Virus record (IMG/VR): IMGVR_UViG_3300009370_000002
Direction: 5' to 3' (one strand)
Length of the DNA: 64,000 bases
DNA from: a virus
The notes under the pieces were generated by a model. That model was given only the letters and a program-made list of their open reading frames with translations. It did no database searches and was not told the DNA's origin. Of the stretch, positions 37,808 through 49,084 are shown one piece after another. How positions within the stretch are numbered: position 1 is the first letter of the stretch; each line of letters begins with the position of its first letter. The position numbers were made by a program, and so were the translations under genes.

Positions 37808-38239
37808 CTATTCTACTACGGCAGTGATAGCATTTACCTTCTGCGATTGCCCTGACATGAAGTAGTTTGTCCCATCAGACCAAATCTTAACATGGTCACC
37901 AGCACAGCAACCGGTTGTAAGAGTGATTTGCTCAGTACCTGTTTCGACCGCTGGCGGGTTGATTTGTACGTTGGGATCATTATCATCGATAGTTATGACA
38001 AATCCAAATACTAAATTTGTGCCTTGTGCTTGGATAGTAGTTTCAGCGGGGCTGGCTTTATCTACCCAAAATTCAGCCCACCAGCCTTTGCCACATTCGG
38101 CAACTGTTGGTAGTGTAAGGGTAGCAGTAGCTCCGCCACATGTAAACATAGTACCACAATCGGCAGCATTTAAAGTCTTAGTAGCAGTAACGTCTTCAAC
38201 TTTTCGTCGTTGAGCAGAATATCTTCCTAATTTAGCCAT
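37808..38239 (-). CDS. putative capsid decoration protein
   Basis: 143 aa beta-rich ORF directly after MCP with its own CTATTTA motif and terminator. Confidence 0.55.
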   Translation of the reverse strand: MAKLGRYSAQRRKVEDVTATKTLNAADCGTMFTCGGATATLTLPTVAECGKGWWAEFWVDKASPAETTIQAQGTNLVFGFVITIDDNDPNVQINPPAVETGTEQITLTTGCCAGDHVKIWSDGTNYFMSGQSQKVNAITAVVE

Positions 38240-38295
38240 TTATTCAATCTCCTTATAATCAATAAATCTTTTATGCGTTAACTCGCATTCAGTAG

Positions 38296-38302
38296 TAAAT
38301 AG
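38296..38302 (-). promoter_or_regulatory. putative late promoter CTATTTA upstream of decoration gene
   Basis: Lies just after the MCP terminator and is followed by a small 5' hairpin (38273-38288). Confidence 0.55.
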
Positions 38303-38309
38303 TAGCCAC

Positions 38310-38350
38310 AAAAAGAAAACCCCCAACCAAAATGGAAGGGGGTTTGTTTT
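38310..38350 (-). terminator. intrinsic terminator after major capsid gene
   Basis: AAACCCCC...GGGGGTTT stem then TTCTTTTT on minus strand. Confidence 0.7.
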
Positions 38351-38367
38351 TAACTTCTCAGTTTAGA

Positions 38368-40164
38368 TTAGCTTGAGCCGCTCTCACCAAGGAGTCCTCG
38401 AACGATGACAATGCCGTACATATCAGGACGTACCATTTTCTTCGCATAACGAGTCATGACCCCTTTACGAGGCACGAAGTCTTCAGGTCCGAAGATGGTA
38501 GGTGTGGTTTGTAGAGGCACGTAAGGTGCATACACATAACCAGACTCAAGGAAACTGTTTCCTTTACGTCCAATAAGAGCAACATTTCTTGGGAAGTAAG
38601 GATCAACGATAACGTCGAACTTACGACTTAGAGAACCAACCTTAACTGCTCCGATTTCGCCTTTGTCTGCGTCAGCAGTAACATTGGCACGGAACCCAGA
38701 GGTAAACTCAAGAATGTTAGCAATTTCAGGCCCACAAACTACGAAGTTTGCACCACCACGAAGTGTTTTCAAGTGGATTTGAGCAGAAACGTCATTGATG
38801 GTTTCAATAAGAGTCTCATACCATTCGCTTACGGTACCGGTGAAGTCAGGAGAAGCAGCAGTTGCTCCCAATTCTAAACCAGTTTGACGATTTACAAACA
38901 AACCAGGAGAACGACTCCAGTAATAAGTACCAGCAGTTGCGCCATTCACCAAATCAGCCAAGATTTCTCTGTCGATTTCAAGAGCAATTTGCTCCGAAAG
39001 GATAGAGGTAAGCTCAACTTCAGCATCCAAGTTATGATAAGCATTCAAGTCTTGTCCCAATTCGGGAGTCCACTTGGCTTTCAGCTTCTTGGTTTGTGCT
39101 GTAATGGCGATTGAATCAACCTTGATGTCGATTTCTGGAATTTCTTCAAGTCCTTCCATAACCATACCACTAGTCCACAAAAGTCCACCAGCAGCAGCGC
39201 CGGTTGTGGTTGTTGAGTCTTGAACAGGGACTTCAATATCTATATCAGCGGCAAGGCTTACGGTGGTTGTGGTTGCTTCTACAACTACAAAACGAACAGC
39301 AGCAGCGGCGGCGGTGAGAGAACTCTCTCCACTAGCTAATGATACTACACTAGTTAAGCGGCGGATAATTCTAGGATCGTCACTGGCTGCCAAATTTGTT
39401 TGAGCAGCCAACTCGCTTTCTATAATATTAAAAGCAGCCAGATTATTAAAATCGGCATTACCTGTATCGAATACTGATTTTGCAGCATCAATAACTACGG
39501 CTTTTGTACCAGTAAGCGTAAGAAGATCGGGATCATAATTAATCAGCTTCTTTTGAGCTTCAGTTGCAGCAGAAAGGGTGAATTGGTCCTTAATAGCTAA
39601 GGTGGCACCAGCATTTGCGGCTGTTACTGAACCAGTTGGAGAAGACCATGCGCCTCCAACAGCTTGACGCATACCGATGTTCTCTTTCAAAGTTGCACCA
39701 ACGATGTCAACACCACCAGTAACCTCTGAACCAACTTGGTTAGTGCCATAAATTGACTTATCATAAAGATTACCGAATCTGTCACCACCATCAGCAGTGG
39801 AAGCATCAGCACCAGATCCACCGCTTGGTGAATATTTAAAATCAAGGAAGAAGATGAGGCCAGATGGCAAACTCATCGGTTGAACGCTAACTAAGTCATT
39901 AGCGATAAGTCCGGCGAATACTCGTCGAACGATTGGGAATGCTACAGCGGCGAAACCTTCAACATCACCAGCACCCATAGATGAACTCTCACGAAGTAGT
40001 TCTTTTGCTTGGTTTTCAAGCAAGCGAGCCATAGTTGATTTCTTATGGTCGCTATCAAGGCCTTCAAGTAAACCGGTTTGTGTCCATTTATTAAGAAGAG
40101 CTTCCCCTTCCTGTTTCATGTCTCGGTTCACAATGCCTTCGGTAAGTTTTTGTACAATAGACAT
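38368..40164 (-). CDS. major capsid protein (gp23-like)
   Basis: LLENQAKE, FPIVRRVF, VQPMSLPSGLIFFLD, KKLKAKWTPELGQDLNAYH, EIDREIL, YAPYVPL, KGVMTRYA. Confidence 0.97.
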   Translation of the reverse strand: MSIVQKLTEGIVNRDMKQEGEALLNKWTQTGLLEGLDSDHKKSTMARLLENQAKELLRESSSMGAGDVEGFAAVAFPIVRRVFAGLIANDLVSVQPMSLPSGLIFFLDFKYSPSGGSGADASTADGGDRFGNLYDKSIYGTNQVGSEVTGGVDIVGATLKENIGMRQAVGGAWSSPTGSVTAANAGATLAIKDQFTLSAATEAQKKLINYDPDLLTLTGTKAVVIDAAKSVFDTGNADFNNLAAFNIIESELAAQTNLAASDDPRIIRRLTSVVSLASGESSLTAAAAAVRFVVVEATTTTVSLAADIDIEVPVQDSTTTTGAAAGGLLWTSGMVMEGLEEIPEIDIKVDSIAITAQTKKLKAKWTPELGQDLNAYHNLDAEVELTSILSEQIALEIDREILADLVNGATAGTYYWSRSPGLFVNRQTGLELGATAASPDFTGTVSEWYETLIETINDVSAQIHLKTLRGGANFVVCGPEIANILEFTSGFRANVTADADKGEIGAVKVGSLSRKFDVIVDPYFPRNVALIGRKGNSFLESGYVYAPYVPLQTTPTIFGPEDFVPRKGVMTRYAKKMVRPDMYGIVIVRGLLGESGSS

Positions 40165-40187
40165 TTTAATACCTCCTACAGTATGTT

Positions 40188-41411
40188 CTATTTGATACCA
40201 GCCAATTTCTTCATATGCTCTGCAAATGTGTACTCTTGTGCTGGTTTCTTTCTTCGTGGCATAATACCTGACAAATTCGACTTTCTGTTTACTGACTCGC
40301 TCAGTGATTTTGGCCCATCCTTCTTGGAGGTGCCCACTGTAGCCTTTAGAGTCTCATGGAGAGTCCTTGCTTCATCTGGTGTTTTTGCCGATGCGATGGC
40401 TTCAACAATTTTGTTTTTTTGTCGCTCATTCAAGGAGGCATCGCTTAATGTTTTGTTGCAATACAGCAACTTTGCGTTACTTAATAACGTTTCGTTGAGA
40501 CTAGAGCTAAGCTCCTCAACGATTTTCAATAAATCTTTTGTTTGTGTTTTCTGCTTTTGAATTGTCTCGTCGAGTTCTTCGATTTTCTTCTTATATTCTT
40601 CGTTCTCTTCGTTCTCTTCTTCATCGGACTCTTCTTTAGCCATTTGTTTTTCCTGATCATGCTTTAGGGTGCCCTGATCAGTGGTAATCCACCCTTTCTT
40701 ATCTTCACCCATATCAACCACTACTTCTTCGCTCAAAGCATCAAAAATCTCTTTCAATAAATCTTCTTCAAAGAGTGTGTCTGGTGTTTCTGCTTCAGGC
40801 TCTTCGGTGGCTTCTTCTTCAGGAGCAGCAAGCAAATCTTCCTCTCCGCCTTCTTCAGGAGCAGCAAGCAAATCTTCCTCTCCGCCTTCTTCAGGTGTCT
40901 CAAGGGTTTCTTTCTCTTCATCACTTAAGTGAAGGGTTTCCAAATCAATATCAAAATCCTCTGGATTAAATTCATATACGCTCATTCTTGCGTTTATCTC
41001 GCCGCCTGGAGTAACCCCTGCTGCCATTGGTATACTGTCGAGAACACTCGGTTCAGGGGAAGCAGTTGCTCCCATTCCCATATCCATTCCTGCGTCTTCT
41101 TCTTGCAAAAGAGCCTCATCAGCTTCTTGTACATCAGCTTCCAAGACTAAACTTGTCTTGTCTTCTCCGATGTATTGAATTCCAACTTTTCCGTCTTCGC
41201 TTTCTGTTGTAACTCTTGCAAATTTACCTTCATGCTGCACCAGTTGGTTGCGAGTCCAACGAGACTCTGAAACTTCTGACTCTATCATGCTATCCACCGC
41301 TTCTTTAATTTGTGGTGCATATTTTTCGATTATCGCTTGTTCAGCATTTTTTAGGGCAGCTTCTCTAAGCGCGGCCGCATCGACAATTGCTTGTTCTAAC
41401 ATTGAAGACAT
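40188..41411 (-). CDS. prohead scaffolding/core protein (gp22-like)
   Basis: Acidic coiled-coil upstream of MCP; LLSNAKLLY...LNERQK..IVEAI; start refined to MSSMLEQA. Confidence 0.8.
   Translation of the reverse strand: MSSMLEQAIVDAAALREAALKNAEQAIIEKYAPQIKEAVDSMIESEVSESRWTRNQLVQHEGKFARVTTESEDGKVGIQYIGEDKTSLVLEADVQEADEALLQEEDAGMDMGMGATASPEPSVLDSIPMAAGVTPGGEINARMSVYEFNPEDFDIDLETLHLSDEEKETLETPEEGGEEDLLAAPEEGGEEDLLAAPEEEATEEPEAETPDTLFEEDLLKEIFDALSEEVVVDMGEDKKGWITTDQGTLKHDQEKQMAKEESDEEENEENEEYKKKIEELDETIQKQKTQTKDLLKIVEELSSSLNETLLSNAKLLYCNKTLSDASLNERQKNKIVEAIASAKTPDEARTLHETLKATVGTSKKDGPKSLSESVNRKSNLSGIMPRRKKPAQEYTFAEHMKKLAGIK
40815..40895. repeat. 36-bp exact tandem repeat (PEEGGEEDLLAA, 2.25 copies) in scaffold
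   Basis: TTCTTCAGGAGCAGCAAGCAAATCTTCCTCTCCGCC at 40815 and 40851, partial at 40887. Confidence 0.85.
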
Positions 41412-41447
41412 CAAATTTACTCCTAGGATTAATATATATATCAATCA

Positions 41448-41454
41448 TAAATAG
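41448..41454 (-). promoter_or_regulatory. putative late promoter CTATTTA upstream of scaffold-MCP
   Basis: Same recurrent motif. Confidence 0.55.
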
Positions 41455-41483
41455 TCTTGACTTGTAGAAAAGGAACCAAAAGC

Positions 41484-44312
41484 TTATGATTGCAATCCTT
41501 GAGCGTTTGTAGCAGCCCCACCACCTATGAATGTCCAGCCAGAACCATTACTAACAAACATATATGTACCGTCTGCTTTCATTTTGTTAGCAGCGGCATT
41601 CAGCCCATTTACTCTTGAGCTTGAGCCATCGAATGTCAAATCACCAGTAGAACCAACAGCGACGATTAAAATTTGGCCATTAGTTCCGTTGTCGTTAAAC
41701 CTGATGCCTGTTTTGTCTCCGCCGTTAGAATCCACCCTTACAACAAGATTGTTTGTGTTTATCGAACTATCATTATTCATGCCAACAGAGCCAGCAGGAT
41801 CACCAATCAGGGTTCCGTAAACTGTTGTCGGCTTGCCGATACCAGAGCCAATCCCTAGCGCTGTTCCATGGGAATTGACTGATGCTCCGGTGCCTGGCCC
41901 TGCTTCTGCTACTTGAAATGAGATACTTCCACCGTCACCAGTCCCGGTTCCAGCACCACCTTGAATAGTCAAATTCCTTCCATCGACATCTGTGCCGGAA
42001 GAATCTGCAACTGTAAGAGTTGCTGTGCTTCCAAATGTTAGTGTGTTAGAATTGAACGTTAAATCTGATTCACATGTTACTGTTCCATCACCATCATCTG
42101 TTACAATCCTGTTCGCTCCTCCACCAAAACCAACATCTGTAAGGTCAAGATTAATTGCCGAAATTGAATTTACCCCACCAGAGTATCCCAAACCTGTCCC
42201 TGCGATAGAGCCTGTGATGCCAAGCTTATTCGCCACTGGTGTCCCACACACCAATGAGCCAGTTGTTTCGATATAGAGAGTACCAGAGCTATTAGCTAAG
42301 CCACCACCAGCCATGGCAGTAATCAAATCGTTAATAGACTCCTTCTTGGTAACATTGTCAGAACCATCAATGAACGCAAAACTATCATCAAGAGTATCCA
42401 CACCAGCACCAGCCAATTCGTTCAAATCAATATTCAAAGCAAGGATGCTATTAACTCCTCCGGTGTATGAAAGCCCATCACCAGCAATAGAGCCTGATAT
42501 ACCAACCCTATCGGAGACGACAATCGCAGCACCAGTAACAGCCACCTCTAGTCTACCAGTTCCACTATTAACCAAGCCATCACCAGCAATGTTGGTTACG
42601 AAAGTGCTAATTGTCATTTTCTTAGAAGCGTTGCCGTCATCAGCATCAATAAATGCAATACTATCTGCGCTGTATAGTGGGGTGCCTGACGGTAGTCCTG
42701 CTAAGTTAAGAGTTAATGCGCCACCAGCAGCAATAGTACCATCACCAGAGACATCAGCAAAGATTGCATCTTGAAGATTCGAGAATGTAATCTTTTTCTC
42801 TGTTCCATCATCTGAGAACATGAAGTGGTCGTCTGTTTGGTGAAGCCCTGTTCCACCAAGGGCAGAAAGGGCATCAATATCTGTTGTCCCTCCGCCTGCT
42901 GATGCGGTTACCTTCACTATTTGATTTGAACTGTTAACGCCCAGATAACTATTGGCATTTGCAAGAGTACCAGTAACAACATTAGGGATTGTTATGGCTA
43001 TTGGGTTGATTGTCAGTGCATCACCACCAGCGTCACCTATTGTTGCATTTCCGTGTATGGCAACATTGGCTGCTAAATCAATATCTCCACCACTTGGTGT
43101 AACCGTAAGTTTTCCTGCACTATTGACGGCAAATGTTGATGATGTGCTAGCATCATATGAAAGCTTAAGTTGGGTTGTTGAGCTAAAAACTTCCAATTTG
43201 GAGTCTGGATCTGTTACACCGATGCCGACATTTCCGTTAGAATTCAATGCGGTGATGGCTTCAATTCCACTTCCCATAGCTAATTTAAAATCACCACTGG
43301 CATTTTGGAATTGAAGATCTACCCCGGCACCCATATCAGTAAGCCCCAAAGTAAGTGATGGGGTTGAACCGGCTGTTCCATATATCTTTATATCACCCGG
43401 AACTGTGCTGTCTCCAAATTGGCCGACACCCGATACGTGAAGTGGGCGCTGTGGATTGTCCGTTCCAATACCCACTCTGCCGCTTGTTGAATCAACGTAT
43501 AGAGTTCCAGAACCGGAGATATCACCTGCAACGTTAAGGGTGCCGCCAATTTGGTAATTCCCAGAACCTGACATATTGCCTGTCAATGCTAACATACTGT
43601 TATCAAAGGACAAGTTGGATTGAACCTTTACTCCAGTTGAGTCAACCGAGACAACAACCTTATCTGCTAACGCACTTCCGTTTGTATATGATGATATCGG
43701 AACAACTGCACGGGATGCAACCTGTGCAACGGTAGCCTTCCGAGGGGCAGAGTCTGATGTACTATAAATTATAATTGAATCACTGTCTGCAATGGAACCA
43801 ACCAGTGTGGCTGCTCCGTTTGGATTAACCCTTAATCCGCTTGAGTCCTCAAGTCCAGAATTTGTCGCTAAAGTGATAGCACTAGCTAAGCCAGTAAGTC
43901 CAGCCGCAGAGCCATAGAATATGGAACCAGAGACATTTCCAGAACCAGAGATTGATGAGTTTTTGAAGTTCAGAACAGAACCGTCAAATGTCAAATTGGA
44001 TTCTACTGTCGCTTCGTCTGCATCCTTATACGTCAAGATGCCATCCGCCGTGCTTCCATCGAAGTTAACAGTTCCGATATTACTTAGTGTGCTCCCATCA
44101 CCATAGAACGCAGATGCAGAAACATTAACAGATGCAGAAACGTTCCCAATAACTGTTAAGTCGTTCTTAATCCTTCCTACTGATGCTGTTAATGAAAGAA
44201 AGTCTTTACTTCCAGATATAGATTGGTTGGTATGAGTATCGACGATATCTTCTACCGTACCTTGGGTTGCGCCTTGAAAATTGACGTTCTTGTTAAGAAT
44301 ATTGTATGACAT
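41484..44312 (-). CDS. virion fibre-like structural protein
   Basis: 942 aa Ser/Gly/Thr-rich with SGS repeats and GNVGIG fibre motifs. Confidence 0.65.
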   Translation of the reverse strand: MSYNILNKNVNFQGATQGTVEDIVDTHTNQSISGSKDFLSLTASVGRIKNDLTVIGNVSASVNVSASAFYGDGSTLSNIGTVNFDGSTADGILTYKDADEATVESNLTFDGSVLNFKNSSISGSGNVSGSIFYGSAAGLTGLASAITLATNSGLEDSSGLRVNPNGAATLVGSIADSDSIIIYSTSDSAPRKATVAQVASRAVVPISSYTNGSALADKVVVSVDSTGVKVQSNLSFDNSMLALTGNMSGSGNYQIGGTLNVAGDISGSGTLYVDSTSGRVGIGTDNPQRPLHVSGVGQFGDSTVPGDIKIYGTAGSTPSLTLGLTDMGAGVDLQFQNASGDFKLAMGSGIEAITALNSNGNVGIGVTDPDSKLEVFSSTTQLKLSYDASTSSTFAVNSAGKLTVTPSGGDIDLAANVAIHGNATIGDAGGDALTINPIAITIPNVVTGTLANANSYLGVNSSNQIVKVTASAGGGTTDIDALSALGGTGLHQTDDHFMFSDDGTEKKITFSNLQDAIFADVSGDGTIAAGGALTLNLAGLPSGTPLYSADSIAFIDADDGNASKKMTISTFVTNIAGDGLVNSGTGRLEVAVTGAAIVVSDRVGISGSIAGDGLSYTGGVNSILALNIDLNELAGAGVDTLDDSFAFIDGSDNVTKKESINDLITAMAGGGLANSSGTLYIETTGSLVCGTPVANKLGITGSIAGTGLGYSGGVNSISAINLDLTDVGFGGGANRIVTDDGDGTVTCESDLTFNSNTLTFGSTATLTVADSSGTDVDGRNLTIQGGAGTGTGDGGSISFQVAEAGPGTGASVNSHGTALGIGSGIGKPTTVYGTLIGDPAGSVGMNNDSSINTNNLVVRVDSNGGDKTGIRFNDNGTNGQILIVAVGSTGDLTFDGSSSRVNGLNAAANKMKADGTYMFVSNGSGWTFIGGGAATNAQGLQS

Positions 44313-44344
44313 TTATAAACCTCTGTGCTTTTACTATAAATAGT

Positions 44345-45976
44345 TTAGTTCTGCAAAGCAGCAACTTGTGCTTTTAGTTCATCAATTTGCTCTTGTTGTT
44401 CTTGAATTGCTTTTGTTAAAATCGGAATCAAGGATGTATACGACATGGTTTTCAAATTATCAGGCATATCATCATTGGTTTCTGGACCTGTGTATATGGC
44501 GTCTGGGTATATTAACTCCACCTCTTGTGCGATAAAGCCAAAATCGTGGTTTGATGTTCTATCTGGATCAGTATTTTGTATTGGATCTGCCCAGTCGAAC
44601 TCAACAGGGTTTAGCAATTTCACCTTGTCAAGCACAGTGCCTAATGTAGATATGTTTTCTTTTACTCTGGAATCTGAAACACTTCCAACCGAGCCGCCTG
44701 TTACCTTAACATTTCCGTTCGCATCAACCTGTATTGCCTCTAAGCCGCTTCCTGCATCATGTTGCTCTAATCTTAGAACGAATGTTCCACGATTTGTAGT
44801 ACCAGTGTCACCTCTAGAAACTATCCTTGCACCTCTTTTGCTGTTGTACGCTGCGGAGTAAGAATCAAATGCGGCGCCTTGCCAACTATTTGTTCCCTCT
44901 CCTATTGTGACACCGGCTGCTGCGCTTTTTACGATAATTGCTCCATTTTCCAAAACAACATTCTGCCCTTCATCTATTCTCATTGCCTCTGTTAAAGAAA
45001 CCGCTCCGTCTTGTGTTGTGGAAAACACAATTTTGCCGGGCATATCGTTGTTGCCGGGCGAACTAAATCCCACCTTTGCTGTTATTGCTGCGGCATTGAC
45101 AAATTCATCGCCATCAGAGCCTTTAAATACAATTTCCCCAAGTATGTCACCAGACTGGACAACTGTATGAGATCCGTCTGTTGCGTTTCTACTTTTTGTA
45201 AACTGTAGCTCTGTTGAAAATTCATTATTGTTATTATGCTGTAGAACAAGATTACCATCTTGAATGTGCAACAATTGGTCTGGGGATGCTGTTCCAATGC
45301 CAACATTTCCAGCTTGCTCTATTGACATTCTAACAGCAGAATTGGTTTTAAATGCGAGATTATCATTAGTATAATCATTATACACAATCCACTTTCTTGT
45401 GCCGTTCTCATAAAGTTCTAACCCTGGATGACTATCAGTGTCTCCATTTATCTTGATTCTGGGATCATCGCCCTGAAGTTTGATGTTGCCATCAACATGT
45501 AATGCTTCGTCTGGGGAGCCAACGCCATTAATCCCAACCCTATTTGCAGAAGCATCCACTTTAAATGCCGGGTTCCCTTCTCCGGAGCCGTTGCCCTTAA
45601 CAATAAAGTCAATATTATTGCTTCCATCGTTAATAGTAAGCTCATGTGGAGCAGAACTCTTTTCTTCTAAAGTGAGGAATGCCTTGCCTCCTGCTTTGAC
45701 AGTTATATCGTCATCACTAAATCTTATCCATGTATCGGCATCTCCGTTGTGATAAATATATTGATCGACACCGATGTTTCCAGCTACATCAAGCGTATAG
45801 TCAGGGGTGGTGGTTCCAATACCAACAGCAGAACCAGAGATTACCATGACAGTAGAGCCGCTAGCCTCAAAGCCAATATAGTCTTCCTCGAAATCAATTC
45901 CTGTATTTCTATTGGCGTCATCGGAGCCGGATAAGTCCCCTATTATTTGATATCCTTTTGAATATTTGTAACTCAT
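44345..45976 (-). CDS. tail fibre/spike with C-terminal intramolecular chaperone (peptidase S74-like)
   Basis: GNVGIGT repeats; SDSRVKENI...LNPVEFDW...GFIAQEVE...YTSLIPILTKAIQEQQEQI. Confidence 0.85.
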   Translation of the reverse strand: MSYKYSKGYQIIGDLSGSDDANRNTGIDFEEDYIGFEASGSTVMVISGSAVGIGTTTPDYTLDVAGNIGVDQYIYHNGDADTWIRFSDDDITVKAGGKAFLTLEEKSSAPHELTINDGSNNIDFIVKGNGSGEGNPAFKVDASANRVGINGVGSPDEALHVDGNIKLQGDDPRIKINGDTDSHPGLELYENGTRKWIVYNDYTNDNLAFKTNSAVRMSIEQAGNVGIGTASPDQLLHIQDGNLVLQHNNNNEFSTELQFTKSRNATDGSHTVVQSGDILGEIVFKGSDGDEFVNAAAITAKVGFSSPGNNDMPGKIVFSTTQDGAVSLTEAMRIDEGQNVVLENGAIIVKSAAAGVTIGEGTNSWQGAAFDSYSAAYNSKRGARIVSRGDTGTTNRGTFVLRLEQHDAGSGLEAIQVDANGNVKVTGGSVGSVSDSRVKENISTLGTVLDKVKLLNPVEFDWADPIQNTDPDRTSNHDFGFIAQEVELIYPDAIYTGPETNDDMPDNLKTMSYTSLIPILTKAIQEQQEQIDELKAQVAALQN

Positions 45977-46008
45977 GTTTTATCTCCATCTTAATTAGCT
46001 CCAAAAAC

Positions 46009-46040
46009 AAAAAAGGGCTGGTGCCCATAGGACACCAACC
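46009..46040 (-). terminator. intrinsic terminator
   Basis: GGTTGGTGTCC-tat-GGGCACCAGCC then T run. Confidence 0.7.
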
Positions 46041-46066
46041 ACAATATTTGCACATCCAATCTTAGA

Positions 46067-49000
46067 TTAGAATACTCTCCATGTATCAGCAGCAACGTAT
46101 ACCAATTCGACAGCAGCGAATGGTGATTCTAAACGAATTGAGGTAGCACCATCAATTGTTTGAGAACCAGCTTTGTTGATTGTGATATAACGAGCAGCAG
46201 AGCAGTCAGAAGGAGCTTTAACCTTGACAGATTCACCAATAGTCATTCCAGCAGAAGCAGGAAGGGTTACGGAATCTTCACCATCATCGCTCATGTCAGC
46301 AAAATAGTTAACACCAACTGCAAGGGTTCCGCCATTAGCTTTAGTAGCAACAGCAACAGAACCCATATAAGTCTTAAGACGAGCCATGGTACATTTACGG
46401 TTAGTTCCGCCGGCACCATTGTCAACAATGAGCAAGTCAGCATCAACAAGAGCTTCCCCGATATCGGTTCCACCATCAATGTCAAGAGCAGCTATTGAAA
46501 GTGCGCCACCGTTACAAGCCAAAGTGGTAAAAGTACCAGCAGCAGCAGAAGCAGCACCAATTGCTACACCATCAATAGAACCACCGTTCATGTCAGCATT
46601 AGTAATTGTAACCGCAGAAGCAGCACCTAATGTCGCACCATCGATTGAACCACCATTAATATCTATAGTTGTAACGGTACCCAAGTTTGCACAAGTCATA
46701 CCAACTACAGTCCAAGTATCGCTAGCACTAATAGTAAGAGCCTTTGAAGTCTCAGCGGTACCAATAGTTGTAATATCAAGATAGTTCACCTCGGCAGGTG
46801 TAGCAGTAATAAGTGTAGCGCTAGAATTAGCGGGATTTGCAGCGAAAGCAGCAACCCAACCTTCATCAGACGAGTTACCTAAGTCAGGAAGGTGATAGGT
46901 GTGATCAGCAGTCGGATTTTCTGCTTTTAAGGTTGTCTCATATGCATCATCAGAAGAACCTTCAAATATAATACCGTTAGAAGTATCAATCATCTCAACA
47001 TTAACAGTTTTGGTGGTTCCCTGTACAGTTAAGTCACCAACTATAGTCAAGTCATCAGCAACAGTAACTACTGAAGTGCTATGCCCGAGGGTGATTGCAA
47101 CTCCTGATGTTTCGGTAGCAATCTTAAGAGTACCGGTTTTGTTTTTAATGTATGAGTGAGTGCCATCATGCACCAATTCCATATCTGTAGAAGCGCCAAT
47201 TTTAATACTTTTGCTATCGCCAATGTTGACATGACTTGTTACAGTTAAATCACCAGCAATAGATGTAATGGAATTGGCACCTTTGGCAACAGTTACGTCA
47301 ATCTCGTTATCTTCAGAGCCATCCTCAATCAAAAGACCAACTCCCTCGCCGCCATCATGATTGGCAACGCTAAAAGCCATTTTACCACCTTCATTATTAT
47401 TAGAAGCATCAGACACTTGAACTTGAATTTGTCCGAACTTAATATTGTCTTGGTTATCATCATCTGCGTAGAAAGAAATCATACCAGCAGAATCATTGTC
47501 AGCACCAGCAGCACCTTTATCCATTACGAAACGAAGTTCAGGACCATCTAAACCACTGTATGTGTTCTTAAGTGTAATAACTGGTTTATCTTCAGCAGAG
47601 CTAGCTACAGTGAAAGACGGTGTATCCATCGTAACAGCAGTTGATGCGTTTAAATCAATAGTAGGTGCAGTCATATCCAAAGTTGTTCCTGCATTGACTT
47701 CCATGTGTCCGGAGCCATCGGCACTGATGTTTTCTCCACCAGCGGCATCATAGAAAGATATTTTAGTGTTAGCACCAGCAAGCACCAATTCATCACCAGA
47801 CTGATCCCACAATAAATATTTACCTGTTGTATCGCCAAACATTTTAACATCTTGGCCGGTGCCATCAACACCAACGGTAACAGCACCATCAATTTGAACT
47901 GCTCCGTCGATGTCAACAGCATCAAGGTTAGCGATTCCATCGACATCGATGTTACCAGAAAAATCACCAGAAGCAGCATCTATCTCACCAGTAATAGTGA
48001 CGTTTCTAGCGCCTGAAATATCTGCATTGGCATCTAAAACCATTGCCTTAGAAGCAGCAGCAGTACCATTGGTAATGCCATCAAGCTTTTCTAAATCTGC
48101 TTCGCTCATATCAGCACTACCAATGATAAAAGAGCCAACTGCGGTTATAGAACCAGCAGTAGTCAAATTACCAGTAGAGGCTAATGTCATTTTAGCTGTT
48201 GCAGAAGCAGCAGCAGTTTCAGAATCAGCCGTTGTGAACACTAATTTTGTAGCATTAGCGTCTGCTGCGAAGGTTTCTTCTGCGATTGCATGAATACCAG
48301 CAGCAACTGTTGCTCCATCTGTACCATCAGAGTCACCAGCGGCGAATTCCATTGAAGCAATAACTTCATCTGCAATAACTGCGTCTTCTTCAGATTTCAA
48401 TTGTAAAACAACAGGTAAATTATCCCCTGTTCCAGTATGTGTTATTGTAAGCCCGACATCAGCAACATGAGTCAGGGTAACATCTTTATTAGCACCAAAG
48501 TGAATCACAGCAGCATCAGATAAAAGAATTAAATCATCACCGATAACAGCATCGGCTGCAACACTCAATCCACCGTCTGTCTGCAAGGAGCCATCAGTAG
48601 TAGAAGTTGCGTTAGTAGTGTCGTCCGTTTTAAGAATACCACTAAAAGTACCAGTGCTTCCAGCAACAGTAGTAAAAGTAGCAGCACCAGCAGAAGCCGC
48701 ACCGATAGTAACACCATCCATTGAACCACCGTTGATATCCACTGTGGTAAGTATTCCCATATCTGCGACAGTACGACCAACGTTTGTCCAGTTACCAGCC
48801 ATCGATGCGATGGTAGCTGCGCCGGCATCAGTTAAACCGTAAGCACCAACTGTCAAATTACCAGTGTCGATATCCAAGGCAACTTGGCCAGAAGTACCAA
48901 CAATTTTCAGTTGTTCTTCACTAGCATCCCACATCATGTAGTCGCCTGTGGTATCTGAGTGAAACGTAACATCCGCCCCAGCACCGTCCGAACCAACAGT

Positions 49001-49084
49001 TAAGGTGCCCTCGGATTCGACAGCGCCTTCTTGGGTTAAAGAACCGGATGCCGTGTAAGCACCCAGTTGAAATTTATAAGCCAT
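46067..49084 (-). CDS. virion fibre-like structural protein
   Basis: 1005 aa Ala/Asp/Gly/Thr-rich with internal repeats (DINGGSxDG, GTAxxSKA); shared C-terminal beta domain. Confidence 0.65.
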   Translation of the reverse strand: MAYKFQLGAYTASGSLTQEGAVESEGTLTVGSDGAGADVTFHSDTTGDYMMWDASEEQLKIVGTSGQVALDIDTGNLTVGAYGLTDAGAATIASMAGNWTNVGRTVADMGILTTVDINGGSMDGVTIGAASAGAATFTTVAGSTGTFSGILKTDDTTNATSTTDGSLQTDGGLSVAADAVIGDDLILLSDAAVIHFGANKDVTLTHVADVGLTITHTGTGDNLPVVLQLKSEEDAVIADEVIASMEFAAGDSDGTDGATVAAGIHAIAEETFAADANATKLVFTTADSETAAASATAKMTLASTGNLTTAGSITAVGSFIIGSADMSEADLEKLDGITNGTAAASKAMVLDANADISGARNVTITGEIDAASGDFSGNIDVDGIANLDAVDIDGAVQIDGAVTVGVDGTGQDVKMFGDTTGKYLLWDQSGDELVLAGANTKISFYDAAGGENISADGSGHMEVNAGTTLDMTAPTIDLNASTAVTMDTPSFTVASSAEDKPVITLKNTYSGLDGPELRFVMDKGAAGADNDSAGMISFYADDDNQDNIKFGQIQVQVSDASNNNEGGKMAFSVANHDGGEGVGLLIEDGSEDNEIDVTVAKGANSITSIAGDLTVTSHVNIGDSKSIKIGASTDMELVHDGTHSYIKNKTGTLKIATETSGVAITLGHSTSVVTVADDLTIVGDLTVQGTTKTVNVEMIDTSNGIIFEGSSDDAYETTLKAENPTADHTYHLPDLGNSSDEGWVAAFAANPANSSATLITATPAEVNYLDITTIGTAETSKALTISASDTWTVVGMTCANLGTVTTIDINGGSIDGATLGAASAVTITNADMNGGSIDGVAIGAASAAAGTFTTLACNGGALSIAALDIDGGTDIGEALVDADLLIVDNGAGGTNRKCTMARLKTYMGSVAVATKANGGTLAVGVNYFADMSDDGEDSVTLPASAGMTIGESVKVKAPSDCSAARYITINKAGSQTIDGATSIRLESPFAAVELVYVAADTWRVF